Source: an uncultured Candidatus Entotheonella sp. (GTDB lineage Bacteria > Tectomicrobia > Entotheonellia > Entotheonellales > Entotheonellaceae). From it: a DNA stretch of 64,000 nt. Shown here piece after piece: positions 47,882 to 60,066 of this stretch. Where the stretch lies: assembly GCA_965215335.1 (NCBI GenBank), contig CBDCDA010000002.1, positions 64,001 to 128,000 on the forward strand. The letters are read 5' to 3'. Numbering within the stretch: position 1 is the first letter of the stretch; each line of letters starts with the position of its first letter. Below the pieces are notes generated by a model that had not been told where the DNA came from, did not search any database, and worked only from the letters and a program-made list of their open reading frames with translations. A program made the position numbers and the translations under genes.

Positions 47882-49663
47882 TCAGTAGAGCTGGTCGATC
47901 TCAGCCTGGTACTTCTGCGTCACGACCCGCCGTTTGACCTTCAACGTCGGCGTCAGTTCGTTGCCTGCCTCCGTAAAATCCTCCCGCGCAATCACGAACC
48001 TCTTGATCGTCTCATACGGCGCCAAGCGCTGGTTGACCTGTTCTACGCGCCCTTCCAGCAGCGTGCGGAGTTGCGGATCTTCGGCCAGTTCGGCAACCGT
48101 GTTGCCGCTGATGCCCTGCTCTCGGGCGTAGGCCGAGGTTGCCTCCGGGTCGAGGGTGAGCACGGCAGTCAGATAAGGGCGGCGGTCGCCGTAGACCATT
48201 GCCTGGCTGATGTACGGGTCGGCCTTGAGCAGATTCTCGATGTTTTGTGGCGCCACGTTCTTGCCGCCGGCCGTAACCAAGAGGTCCTTCTTGCGGTCGG
48301 TGATACGCAGAAAGCCGTCCGCGTCGACCTCGCCGATGTCCCCGGTGGCGAACCAGCCATCCTCGAGAAACACCTCCGCCGTTGCCTCCGGCCGCTGGTA
48401 GTAGCCCTTGGCAATGTTCGGCCCGCGCGCCAGGATTTCGCCGTCGTCGTCGAGGCGCAGTTCCACGCCTGGCAGCGGCAGGCCGACGGTGCCGAACTTG
48501 TAATTGTCGTGTCGATTGGCGGTCAGTGCCGGGCAGGTCTCCGTGAGCCCGTAGCCTTCCAGGATGAGCAGGCCGGCGGCGTGAAAGAACTCGGCAATCT
48601 CCCGCGCCAGCGGTGCGCCGCCGGAAACGAAATAACGCAACCGCCCCCCGAGCGCTGCGTGGAGTTTCCCGAACACCAGTCGATGCGCCAAGTGTCTTTT
48701 CAGACCGAGGCCCAGCGGCAGCGGCTGGCCCTGTTGCTGCAGACGGCTGGCCTGCTGCCCGACGCCAACGCACCAGTTGAAGACGGCTCGCTTGACGGGC
48801 GACCCGGCAGCGCCGGCCTGCACGCTGGCGTAGACCTTTTCGTAGACCCGCGGCACGCTCACCACCAGCATGGGCCGGACTTCACGCATGTTCTGCGACA
48901 ACGCGTCGATGCTTTCCGCGAAGGCGGTGGTCCAGCCCTTGTAGAAGCCGAGGAAGGATTCGAGGCGCGCAAACGAATGCGCCAAGGGGAGAAAGAGCAG
49001 ATTGACGTCGCCCTCGCCCAGGTCGGTGATCGCGCCGCAACTCTCCATCATGAACAGGTGGTTACCATGCGTCTGTACCACCCCCTTGGGCGGCCCCGTG
49101 GTGCCCGAGGTGTAGACGTAGGTGGCCTCGTGCTCCGGCGTCAGCCCTTGCAGGCGCTGCTCGAGAACGGCTTCCTGGCCGGCAGCGTCGTGGCCTCTTT
49201 GGATCAGGTCGGCGAGCGTCAGAATGGCGTCGTCGGTGTCCGACGGGCTATCCGTCATCAGGACGATGTGCTTCAGGGTCGGAACCTGATCGCGAACGGC
49301 CAGTATCTTGTCGAGTTGCGCAGACGTGTCGATGAACATGACCGTCGTACCGGAGTTTTGCAGAATATAGGCCGCCTGATCGGGCGTCGAGGAGGCGTAG
49401 ATTGGCACCGTGATGGCCGCCGCGGCCATGATGCCGAGGTCGCACTGCACCCATTCCGCCCGGCTGTCGGACAGGATGGCGACACGGTCGCCCGCCTGCA
49501 GGTCCAGAGTCATCAGGCCTCTGGCAACGTGGCGCACGATGTCCCGCAACTCCTGCCAGGAAATCTCGCGCCAAACCCCGTCCCGCTTGACCAAGTGGGC
49601 CGTTTTCCCGTCGCGCTGGGCGGCACGATCGAAAAACACTTGTGGGATACTGCTGGCGTCCAT
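47882..49663 (-). CDS. Long-chain acyl-CoA synthetase (AMP-binding)
   Basis: YTSGTTGPPKG, EGYGLTE, FATGDIG, ITDRKKD and ELTPTLKVKR motifs; RBS GGGAGG before ATG 49663 (alternative start 49702). Confidence 0.95.
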   Translation of the reverse strand: MDASSIPQVFFDRAAQRDGKTAHLVKRDGVWREISWQELRDIVRHVARGLMTLDLQAGDRVAILSDSRAEWVQCDLGIMAAAAITVPIYASSTPDQAAYILQNSGTTVMFIDTSAQLDKILAVRDQVPTLKHIVLMTDSPSDTDDAILTLADLIQRGHDAAGQEAVLEQRLQGLTPEHEATYVYTSGTTGPPKGVVQTHGNHLFMMESCGAITDLGEGDVNLLFLPLAHSFARLESFLGFYKGWTTAFAESIDALSQNMREVRPMLVVSVPRVYEKVYASVQAGAAGSPVKRAVFNWCVGVGQQASRLQQQGQPLPLGLGLKRHLAHRLVFGKLHAALGGRLRYFVSGGAPLAREIAEFFHAAGLLILEGYGLTETCPALTANRHDNYKFGTVGLPLPGVELRLDDDGEILARGPNIAKGYYQRPEATAEVFLEDGWFATGDIGEVDADGFLRITDRKKDLLVTAGGKNVAPQNIENLLKADPYISQAMVYGDRRPYLTAVLTLDPEATSAYAREQGISGNTVAELAEDPQLRTLLEGRVEQVNQRLAPYETIKRFVIAREDFTEAGNELTPTLKVKRRVVTQKYQAEIDQLY

Positions 49664-49706
49664 GTGGTCCCTCCCGTTTTCTTGTGCGATGCGTTCTGCC
49701 ATTGAC

Positions 49707-50156
49707 TCAGCCGCCGTGGGGGCTGTCGAGGAGCAGCGTTACCGGCCCGTCGTTGACCAGGTGCACCTGCATGTGGGCGCCGAAAACGCCGTGCGCGACA
49801 GGCACGCCGCGCCGGGTAGTGGCTTCAAGGAAGCATTCGTAAAGACGCTCGGCCTGTTCAGGCGGCGCCGCCTGAACGAATGACGGGCGGCGGCCTTTGC
49901 GGGCGTCGCCGTACAACGTGAACTGCGGTACGGCCAGCACGCCGCCCTGAATGTCCTGCACGTCGCGGTTCATCTTGCCCTGCGCATCGTTGAAAATCCG
50001 CAGGGTGACGATCTTCGCCGCCAGATAGTCGGCGTCGCGCTCCGTGTCCGGCGTTTGCACGCCCAGGAGCACCAACAGTCCCCGCTCGATGGCGCCCACC
50101 GTTTCGCCATCCACGTCGACCCGGGCTCGCGAGACCCGTTGCACCACAGTCCGCAT
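49707..50156 (-). CDS. dtd: D-aminoacyl-tRNA deacylase
   Basis: [28 protein letters not shown] and NDGPVT motifs. Confidence 0.96.
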   Translation of the reverse strand: MRTVVQRVSRARVDVDGETVGAIERGLLVLLGVQTPDTERDADYLAAKIVTLRIFNDAQGKMNRDVQDIQGGVLAVPQFTLYGDARKGRRPSFVQAAPPEQAERLYECFLEATTRRGVPVAHGVFGAHMQVHLVNDGPVTLLLDSPHGG

Positions 50157-50287
50157 TACGCCGCCCTCCGTTCCGGGTGCCGCGCCAGCACACCCGCCGC
50201 ACCTGTTGCAATGGCCCGGCCAAGCCGTTAGAATGGCCCAGTTTGACAGCAAGCGTCAAGAGCCGACCAAACGCATGGAGGAGCGTA

Positions 50288-50566
50288 GTGGCGGAGCGAG
50301 CGAGACGGGCGCGCAAACCGCGGCCCAAAGCCTGGATTGATGTGGATGGCTGCACCGGCTGTGAATGGTGCGTTGATTTTTGTCCTGTCGACTGCATTGA
50401 CAAAATTGCCGATCCCTCCTATGCCGGCGACGGCACCCACGAGGTCGTCATCGTCGACTGGGACGTGTGTACAGGTTGTACCATTTGCGCCAAGGAATGC
50501 CCCTGGGACACCATCACGATGATTTCGGGCGTGGATGTCGAAGCGCTGATGAATGAAGAGGTGTAA
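50288..50566 (+). CDS. 2[4Fe-4S] ferredoxin
   Basis: Two CxxCxxCxxxCP motifs (CTGCEWCVDFCP, CTGCTICAKECP); GTG start with RBS GGAGGAG. Confidence 0.93.
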   Translation: MAERARRARKPRPKAWIDVDGCTGCEWCVDFCPVDCIDKIADPSYAGDGTHEVVIVDWDVCTGCTICAKECPWDTITMISGVDVEALMNEEV

Positions 50567-50576
50567 TCCGCCGACT

Positions 50577-51149
50577 TCAGGCATTGTCCCGCTGCCAGCC
50601 AGCCAGCATCTCGGTGATGATCTCCTCGGGTTCTGCAAGCCTTCCGATTCCTTGCCTTTCCTCTGTACTTGCCAATTGACCGTATCGTGGTGCGATGATG
50701 CGGATGCCCCGTTCGCGCAGGGTGTCGAGATGCGCCTGCACAACGGCATTGCCGTACATGAGGGGGTTCATCGCCGGTGCCAGGAAGGTGGGAACCCGCT
50801 GCGCCAGGGCCACAAACAGCGTGCTGAACAGATCATCCGCGAGGCCGGTGGCGAGCTTGGCGATGGCGTTGGCCGTTGCCGGCGCCACCAAGGCCAAATC
50901 CGTACCCTGCGCCAGGGCCAGGTGCTCCATCTGCCAGCCGTGGGCCGTCGCAAACTGGTCCAGGCTGACCGGATGGCCGGAGAGCATGGCAAAGCCGGCC
51001 GGCGCCAGGAACTCACTGGCATGGTCGGTCATGACGACGTAGACGTCGGCCCCCTGCTGCTTCAACAGGCGCAACACCCCCAGCGCCTTGAAGGCGGCAA
51101 TGCCGCCGGTGACCGCGAGAACCGTCTTCTTGCCTTCGAGCGGGTTCAT
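50577..51149 (-). CDS. coaC: Stand-alone phosphopantothenoylcysteine decarboxylase-like HFCD flavoprotein
   Basis: TGGIAAFK, MEH, APATAN, GLADD and PAMN motifs; the substrate-clamp region reads GQLAST...GIGRLAE, with Ser at the usual Cys. Confidence 0.85.
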   Translation of the reverse strand: MNPLEGKKTVLAVTGGIAAFKALGVLRLLKQQGADVYVVMTDHASEFLAPAGFAMLSGHPVSLDQFATAHGWQMEHLALAQGTDLALVAPATANAIAKLATGLADDLFSTLFVALAQRVPTFLAPAMNPLMYGNAVVQAHLDTLRERGIRIIAPRYGQLASTEERQGIGRLAEPEEIITEMLAGWQRDNA

Positions 51150-51374
51150 GACACGTCCTGCATTCTCGGCGCGCGGGATTGGACGCCCGCAGCCGGCTTG
51201 CCCGGCGAAGCGGGTATTTCACGCCCAACCCTAGCACGAGCCGGGCGGGGTCGAACCGCAAAAGAGGCACGTGCATACCATCAATCCCCGGGACTACACA
51301 CCTCGCCGTCCCATGGCGTCACGCCCTTGGCGCGAGCGCGCCGGCAGCGGGGCGCCTGTCTGAAGCACCGTACG

Positions 51375-51986
51375 CTAACGCCCCAGCGCGAAGAACGCGT
51401 CATTGGGACGCATGTTCGTCAGGTGGGCCAGTCGGTTGGACATGGCGAAGAGCGCCGTGATGGCGCCGATGTCCCAGATGGCCTCGTCGGAAAATCCCGC
51501 CTCGCGCAAGGTCTCCACGTCTGCTTCGTCAATCTGCTCGGGCTGCCGCGCCATTTTGACGGCGAAATCCAGCATGGCCCGCTGCCGAGCCGTGATGTCC
51601 GCCTGGCGATAGTTCACGGTGAGCTGATCGGCAAGGATGGGATTCTTCGCACAAATGCGCAGCACGGCGCCGTGCGCCACCACGCAGTACGGACAGGCGT
51701 TGGCGGCGCTGGTGGCCACCACGATCATTTCGCGCTCGGCCTTCGACAGGCCGCGGTCGCTCAGCATGAGGGCGTCGTAGTAGGCGAAAAAGGCGCGGCA
51801 TTCGTCGGGCCGGTGCGCCAGGACGAGGAAAACGTTGGGGATGAAGCCGGTTTTGGCCTGCACCTCGACAACACGCGCTTGCAAGTCGGCGGGCAGGTCT
51901 TCAAGGGCCGGCACCGGGTAGCGACTGATCGGCTTATCGACTGCGGCGGGTTGGCGGCGGTGTTTCGGGGTCGTACGGCCGGGCAT
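51375..51986 (-). CDS. AhpD/CMD-family peroxidase-related enzyme
   Basis: GFIPNVF, LSKAEREMIVVATSAANACPYCVVAHG (CxxC-H) and SNRLAH motifs. Confidence 0.93.
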   Translation of the reverse strand: MPGRTTPKHRRQPAAVDKPISRYPVPALEDLPADLQARVVEVQAKTGFIPNVFLVLAHRPDECRAFFAYYDALMLSDRGLSKAEREMIVVATSAANACPYCVVAHGAVLRICAKNPILADQLTVNYRQADITARQRAMLDFAVKMARQPEQIDEADVETLREAGFSDEAIWDIGAITALFAMSNRLAHLTNMRPNDAFFALGR

Positions 51987-52011
51987 GATTCGTCCTTCGT
52001 GTGCGGGGTCG

Positions 52012-53915
<1,904 letters not shown>

Positions 53916-53919
<4 letters not shown>

Positions 53920-55352
53920 GGCGTTGGGACCAGTTCGTGCAGGGCGGCGGCGAGTTCGGGAATCTCGCGTTCCGCGACGGTGCGCAGGTCCAGCAGCAGT
54001 TGATCCCGCGCGATGCGCCCGATGATGGCGGGCCGGCGGCAGCGCAGGCGCCGTTCGAGGCTGCTGACCGAACAGAAATCCGGCTGCAGCGCCAGCAGCT
54101 TGGTTGGCAGCACGGCCAGCGGCAGGGCGCCGCCGCCCACGGCTGAAGTGCCGTCGATGACTTGGGGCTGGTAGGCGGCTTCGCTATCTGCCGGCAACAG
54201 ACGCCGCAGCCGCCGAATGCGTCGGGCGACGTCACGCGGCAGCAGGCCGAGCATCGCCAGGGTGGGAATCTGCCGCCGCGCCGTTTCCGGGTCGGCGTAC
54301 AGCTTCAGCGTGGCTTCCAGCGCCGCCGCCGTGAACTTGTCGACCCGTACGGCACGGTGCATCGGGTGGCGCCGCAACTGATCGACGTAGGTGGCCTTGC
54401 CCACCACGATGCCGGCCTGCGGTCCACCCAGCAGCTTGTCGCCGCTGAACGTCACCACATCGACGCCGCTGGCGACCACCTCGTTGACCGTCGGCTCGTC
54501 GTGCAGGCCGTATGGTTGCAGAGCCACCAGCGTGCCGCTGCCCAGATCCTCCATGACCGGCAAGCCGCGCTCCCGGCCCAGCGCGACCAGTTCGTGCCGC
54601 GGCACCTCGGCGGTAAAGCCGACGATGCGGTAATTGCTGGTGTGCACCCGCAACAGCAGCGCCGTGTCGGGCGAGATGCCCGCGGCATAATCCCGCAGGT
54701 GCGTCTTGTTGGTGCTGCCGACCTCGCGCAGGACGGCGCCACTGCTGCGCATGATGTCGGGGATGCGGAACGAGCCGCCGATTTCGATGAGCTGGCCGCG
54801 CGACACGATCACCTCCATGCCCTTGGCCAGCGCCTGCAAGGCCAGGTACACCGCTGCGGCGTTGTTGTTGACCACCAGGGCGGCCTCGGCGCCGGTGAGG
54901 GTGTGCAGGAGTGCCTCAAGGTGCCCATGGCGGGTGCCGCGTTCGCCGCGTTCGACGTCGTATTCGAGGTTGCTGTACGCGGCAGCCACCGTCTGCAGAT
55001 TGTCCACCGCCGCGCCGGCCAGCAGCGAGCGTCCGAGGTTGGTATGCACGATGACCCCGGTGGCGTTAATGAGACGCTGCAATTCGCGGCCTTGCACGGC
55101 GCGCAGGATGGCCTCCACTTGCGACAGCACGGCAGCAGCGCCGCTGGGCAGTGCGGCCAGGACAGCTTCCTCGGTAGTCTGCAAAATGCTGCGGCGGGTG
55201 GCTTCCAGTGCTTGGCGGATGGCGTCCGTCACGGCGTGCCGTGACAATCGGGTCTGCCAGATCTGCGCTTGCGGGGTGCGCAGGAGCTCATCGACGGCCG
55301 GCAACCGGCGCAGATAGGGAAGATGCACGTTGCCCATGGATTCGGAAGGCAT
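53916..55352 (-). CDS. selA: L-seryl-tRNA(Sec) selenium transferase SelA
   Basis: [37 protein letters not shown] and [13 protein letters not shown] motifs; ATGA overlap with selB; start 55352 or 55337. Confidence 0.98.
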
Positions 55353-55495
55353 GGTTGGATCCTGCCGAGTGCGTGTCGGTTGGGAAGCGAAGTCAGGCAT
55401 TGTAGCGTTTTACAGGGTGGAACTCCAGCCACCCGAGCGGTGCCAAAACGGTCTGAAAACCCGTTTGAAACCACGTTGCGGTGGGGACATTTGCG

Positions 55496-55524
55496 TTGAC
55501 GCATTCTTGAGTGATTCATACAAT
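55496..55524 (+). promoter_or_regulatory. Sigma70 promoter of the rluB...PBP1A gene run
   Basis: TTGACG, 17 nt spacer, TACAAT, 40 nt before ATG 55565. Confidence 0.7.
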
Positions 55525-55564
55525 TGCCAAATACCCGACCGCACCAAAAGAGGGACTTTTTCCC

Positions 55565-56323
55565 ATGTCCAGGGCGTCGCCAGCCTCTACTCGATTGCAG
55601 AAAGTCATCGCACAGGCCGGTCTGGCCTCGCGCCGCAAGGCCGAGGAGATGATCCGGCAGGGGCGTGTGCACGTCAACGGACGCCTGATGACTGCTCTCG
55701 GCACGACGGTCGACGCCAACCGCGACGATGTCGTGGTGGACGGCCGGCGGCTGCGCCCGCGGGCGCCGATGCGCTACATGATTCTGTACAAGCCGCCCGG
55801 TTGCGTGACTACCGCCGCCGACGAGAAGGGCCGCCCCACCGTGTTCGATCTGTTGAAGCGCCAGCCGGTGCGCCTGTTTCCGGTCGGCCGCTTGGACTTC
55901 AATACCGGAGGGCTGCTGCTGTTGACCAACGACGGGCCGCTGGCGAATCGCCTGCTGCACCCACGCTACGGCACGCCGCGCGTCTACCTGGTACGTGTCA
56001 ACGGCGCGGTAGCCGAGCGGGATCTCGAAGCCATGCGGCGCGGTGTCGACCTGCCTGACGGCAGAACCTTGCCCGCGCAGGTGCACGTGGTGCGGCAATC
56101 CGAGAAGACCTGCTGGCTGCGGATGACCCTGCGCGAGGGAAAGACCCGACAGATCCACCGTATGCTGGAACGCTGCGGCGGCCACGGTATTCGCAAGTTG
56201 CAACGTGTCGGTCTGGGGCCCCTGACCCTCGCCGGTCTCGCTCCGGGCCGGTTTCGCTTTCTCGAATCGTTTGAAGTGGACCGGCTGTACCAAGTCTGTG
56301 GCCTCGGCAAGGCCGCATCGTGA
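55565..56323 (+). CDS. rluB: rRNA pseudouridine synthase (RluB/RsuA family)
   Basis: S4 domain RLQKVIAQAGLASRRKAE; catalytic PVGRLD; GLLLLTNDG. Confidence 0.9.
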   Translation: MSRASPASTRLQKVIAQAGLASRRKAEEMIRQGRVHVNGRLMTALGTTVDANRDDVVVDGRRLRPRAPMRYMILYKPPGCVTTAADEKGRPTVFDLLKRQPVRLFPVGRLDFNTGGLLLLTNDGPLANRLLHPRYGTPRVYLVRVNGAVAERDLEAMRRGVDLPDGRTLPAQVHVVRQSEKTCWLRMTLREGKTRQIHRMLERCGGHGIRKLQRVGLGPLTLAGLAPGRFRFLESFEVDRLYQVCGLGKAAS

Positions 56324-56345
56324 ACGCCGGGGCGGGAGAGCACGA

Positions 56346-57248
56346 ATGCGCAAGACGACGATCGGCCTGATCCTGGTACTGTTGTCGGCGGCGCCGAACG
56401 GCTTTGCCGCTTCCTCGTGGACCTACCAGGTTGAGGGCGTCGGGGCCATTGTTTCGGAGGACCAGGCCGCGGCACGGCGGCAGGCGGTGCGCGCTGCGTT
56501 GCGCGAGGCGCTGGAAGAGGCCGTCTTGAACGTGCTCGACACCGATGCGGTGGTGGCTAATATCCGGTTGTTGAGCGCGCGTCTGTATGCCGAGCCGTGG
56601 TCGTACATCTCCAGCTACCGCGTGCTGTGGGAATATCCCGACGCGCCCGGCAAGGTCTACCGCGTCGGCCTGATGGCAGAAATCGCCATGTCCAGGGTGC
56701 AGCAAGTGTTGGCGGCGCTGGGTTCGTCGGTCGCCGCCGCGGGTAATTTGGAACGGATGCCGGGCGGCGACGCCGGGCGGCTGGCCATCTTGATTACGGA
56801 GCGTTACCTCGGCCAGGCAACTTCGACGTGGTGGGCCGAGCGCGGCGTCGTCACCCGCACGCTGCGCTCGCAGTTGGCGGAACGCGGCGTGCGCATCGGC
56901 GAGCTGGACCCCGCTTTGCAGTGGGACGGCAGCGAGGATGCGGCCCTGAAAGCGGCGCGCGAGGCCGAGGTCGCCATGCTGCTGGTCGGGCATGCCGGGG
57001 TGCAGCAGATCTACAATGCGGTGTCCGGCTCCGCCGTGCACGCCATTCTGCAACTGCGCGTTCTGGATACGCCCACGGGCGGCGTACTGGCTCAGGAACG
57101 GGGCGAGGCGAACGTGGACGGCGCCCATTCCGGGCAGACCAGCGTCCTCGCCCTCGAGCAGGCGGTGCGCACGGTCGTGCCCCGGCTGATGGCGTTCCTG
57201 AGCGCTGCCCCACAACCCGCGTTGCCAGATTCGGCGACGACGCCCTAG
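56346..57248 (+). CDS. Exported protein with an FlgT-N-like domain, function unknown
   Basis: Signal peptide; VEGVGAI...AARRQAVRAALREALE pattern; sits inside a housekeeping gene run. Confidence 0.65.
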   Translation: MRKTTIGLILVLLSAAPNGFAASSWTYQVEGVGAIVSEDQAAARRQAVRAALREALEEAVLNVLDTDAVVANIRLLSARLYAEPWSYISSYRVLWEYPDAPGKVYRVGLMAEIAMSRVQQVLAALGSSVAAAGNLERMPGGDAGRLAILITERYLGQATSTWWAERGVVTRTLRSQLAERGVRIGELDPALQWDGSEDAALKAAREAEVAMLLVGHAGVQQIYNAVSGSAVHAILQLRVLDTPTGGVLAQERGEANVDGAHSGQTSVLALEQAVRTVVPRLMAFLSAAPQPALPDSATTP

Positions 57249-57271
57249 TCCCCGGAGAACAGGCGGTGCCC

Positions 57272-58150
57272 ATGCAAAGCATGACCGGATACGGCCGCAG
57301 TGACGTACACGACGACCGGCTGGCCCTGACCATCGAAGCCAGATCGGTCAACCATCGCTATCTCGACATCGCCTGGCACTATCCTCGCATGTACGTCCCC
57401 CTTGAAACGCGGATGAAACAACTCGTCAACCAGCACTTTTCGCGCGGCCGTATCGACGTCCGCATCACCCCGACCGAGGACGGCCACGCCTCCCGCACCG
57501 TGACGCCGGATTACGCCCTGGCCCAGCAGTATTGCGAGGCGCTGCGGGAGTTGCAATACCGCCTGGGGGTACCGGGCACCGTCGACATGAGCCTGCTCAT
57601 GGGTCTGCGCGACGTGCTCAGGGTCAATGAGAGCGTGCCGGCGGACATGGAAGCCGACTGGCCGCTCATTGCCGAGGGACTGGCGGCGGCGCTCGGGGCG
57701 CTCAAGGCCATGCGGCTGCGGGAAGGCGTCTTTCTGCGTGAGGACTTGGACGCGCGCATGCAGGCGGTAGCGCAGCAGGTGTCGGTCATCCGCCAGCGCC
57801 TGCCGCAGGCGGTGACGGATTGCCAGCAACGCCTGGAACAGCGGGTCAAGGGATGGTTTGCCCGCGTCGATTTGGACGCCGCGCGCTTGGCGCAGGAAGC
57901 CGTCATGCTTGCCGAGCGCGGCGACATTACCGAGGAGTTGACGCGGCTGGAAGCGCACCTGCAGGCCGTGCAGGCGCTGCTGCCCTCCGGCGAGGCGGTG
58001 GGGCGCAAGGTCGACTTCCTGGTGCAGGAAATGCGCCGCGAGATCGAAACGATCGCCGCCAAGGCCAACGACCTGACGATTTCGCATTGTGTGGTGGAGA
58101 TCAAGAGCGAGCTGGAGCGCTGCCGCGAGCAGATTCAGAACATCGAATAG
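57272..58150 (+). CDS. yicC: YicC/YloC-family endoribonuclease
   Basis: SMTGYGR, RSVNHRYLD, DITEELTRL, GRKVDFLVQEMRRE and REQIQNIE motifs. Confidence 0.96.
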   Translation: MQSMTGYGRSDVHDDRLALTIEARSVNHRYLDIAWHYPRMYVPLETRMKQLVNQHFSRGRIDVRITPTEDGHASRTVTPDYALAQQYCEALRELQYRLGVPGTVDMSLLMGLRDVLRVNESVPADMEADWPLIAEGLAAALGALKAMRLREGVFLREDLDARMQAVAQQVSVIRQRLPQAVTDCQQRLEQRVKGWFARVDLDAARLAQEAVMLAERGDITEELTRLEAHLQAVQALLPSGEAVGRKVDFLVQEMRREIETIAAKANDLTISHCVVEIKSELERCREQIQNIE

Positions 58151-58195
58151 CCGACGCGGGGCCCAGGCCAACTGCCGCACGTCATGGGACACCGG

Positions 58196-58825
58196 ATGAG
58201 CCGCAAGGGAATCCTGTTCGTGGTATCGGCGCCCTCCGGCGGCGGCAAGACGTCGCTGTGCGAGGCGCTGTGTGCCGACATGGACGACGTCGTGCGCTCC
58301 GTCTCCTGCACCACACGGGTGCCGCGGGTGCGGGAGCAGGACGGCCTTGACTACCACTTCGTCAGCGGGCAGCAGTTTGCCGAGCACGTGGCCGCCGGGG
58401 ACTTTCTGGAATGGGCCTGCGTGCACCGGCACCGCTACGGCACGCTGAGGCAGCCGGCCGACGAGGCCACGGCTACCGGCAAGGACGTTCTGCTGGTCAT
58501 CGACGTGCGGGGCGCCGCACAGTTGCGGGCCGCGGGTGTCGACGCGGTGCACGTTTTCGTGCTGCCCCCTTCGTGGCAGGTGCTGGAAGAGCGGCTTGCG
58601 GGGCGTGAGCCCGGCACCGAAGCAACGCGCTCAAGGCTTGCCAGCGAGAGGCTGGCGGTCGCCCGGCAGGAAAGCGCCCAATACGCGATGTACGATTACG
58701 TGCTGATCAACGACTGCTTCACCGAAACGCTTACGGCCCTAAAGGCCATTGTCCGCGCGGAGCGCCACCGTATCCGGCACGCCGACCCGGCGCCAATCTC
58801 ACAACTCCTGAACAGCGGTGCGTGA
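58196..58825 (+). CDS. gmk: Guanylate kinase
   Basis: SAPSGGGKTS, SVSCTTRxPR, DYHFV, FLEWA and YGT motifs. Confidence 0.96.
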   Translation: MSRKGILFVVSAPSGGGKTSLCEALCADMDDVVRSVSCTTRVPRVREQDGLDYHFVSGQQFAEHVAAGDFLEWACVHRHRYGTLRQPADEATATGKDVLLVIDVRGAAQLRAAGVDAVHVFVLPPSWQVLEERLAGREPGTEATRSRLASERLAVARQESAQYAMYDYVLINDCFTETLTALKAIVRAERHRIRHADPAPISQLLNSGA

Positions 58826-58842
58826 GGCGGGGGGGTTCCATC

Positions 58843-60066
58843 ATGTTGCAGGACAAAATCATCTTGCTCGGTGTTGGGGGCGGGCCGTTGACACCGGCGG
58901 CCGTCGAGGTGCTGCGTGCCCTGCAGCGCGCTGGCGCTGGCGTGCGGGTCGTGCTCAGCGCCGGGACCGAGACCTTTGTGCCGGCTCTGACCTTCCGCAG
59001 TCTCGCCGCCGGCGACGTGGTCATGCCTGGCGATTTGTATGGTCGCATGGGCGCGCAGGATTTCTGTTCCCTGCACGGCCTGGTGGAGAACGCCGACGGC
59101 CTGGTGGTGGTGCCCGCGACCCCGTTGCTGATCGCCAAGGTGGTAGCCGGCTGGGCCGACGAGGCCCTCGTGCGCACGATGCTGCTGCACGACGGGCCGA
59201 CGGTGTTCGCCTGCGCCGCGCGCGCCGCCGAGTACCAGCACCCCTTGGTGCGGCAAAACGTGCAGTGCCTGCGTGACGCCGGGGTGATCCTGTGCGACGC
59301 CGGGGTGCCGGAAACGGACGGCCCCGCGGACGAGTTGGGCTGGAACATGGCACCCGCAATCGTGGTCGAGGCCGTGGCCGCTTCGCTGCGGCAGACGGCC
59401 GGCCTGAGCGGCAGGACGGTGCTCATCACCGCCGGCCCCACGCAAGAGCCGATCGATCCGGTGCGCCACATCTCCAGCACCGCTTCCGGCAAGACCGGCT
59501 TCGCCCTTGCCGAAGCGGCGCGGCAACGCGGCGCCAAGGTGGTGCTCATCACCGGTCCCACGCACTTGCAGGCACCGGTCGGCGTTACCCGCGTCCCGGT
59601 ACGCACGGCGGTGCAGATGCGCGACGCGGTACGGGAGCATTTCGCAGTCGCCGACGTGGTCATCAAATCGGCGGCGGTGTCGGATTTCCGGCCCGCAACC
59701 GTCGTCGCCGACAAGATCAGGAAGGAAGACGCGACCCTGAGCATCGCGCTCCAACGCAATCCCGACATTCTGGCCGAGCTGGGCGCCACAAAAGGCAACC
59801 GCGTGCTGGTTGGCTTCGCCGCCGAGACGCACGACCTGCTGGCCAATGCGAAGCAGAAGTTGAGCAAAAAGGCGCTGGACCTGATCGTGGCCAATGACGT
59901 CAGTGACCCCGCCATCGGTTTTGCCAGCGACCATAACCGTGTGCACATGATCGATGCCGCCGGTCGCATCGAGCCCTTGCCGGTGATGAGCAAGCGGGCC
60001 CTGGCAGAGGCCATTCTCGACCGCGTCCAGGCGGTGCTGGCGCAGCGCCAGGGAGACAGGGCATGA
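58843..60066 (+). CDS. coaBC: CoaBC (Dfp) with a degenerate N-terminal decarboxylase domain
   Basis: CoaB half has ITAGPTQEPIDPVR, SGKTG, AAVSDF, NPDIL, VGFAAET and DLIVAND; the CoaC half lacks the TGxIA, PAMN and ACG motifs. Confidence 0.9.
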   Translation: MLQDKIILLGVGGGPLTPAAVEVLRALQRAGAGVRVVLSAGTETFVPALTFRSLAAGDVVMPGDLYGRMGAQDFCSLHGLVENADGLVVVPATPLLIAKVVAGWADEALVRTMLLHDGPTVFACAARAAEYQHPLVRQNVQCLRDAGVILCDAGVPETDGPADELGWNMAPAIVVEAVAASLRQTAGLSGRTVLITAGPTQEPIDPVRHISSTASGKTGFALAEAARQRGAKVVLITGPTHLQAPVGVTRVPVRTAVQMRDAVREHFAVADVVIKSAAVSDFRPATVVADKIRKEDATLSIALQRNPDILAELGATKGNRVLVGFAAETHDLLANAKQKLSKKALDLIVANDVSDPAIGFASDHNRVHMIDAAGRIEPLPVMSKRALAEAILDRVQAVLAQRQGDRA

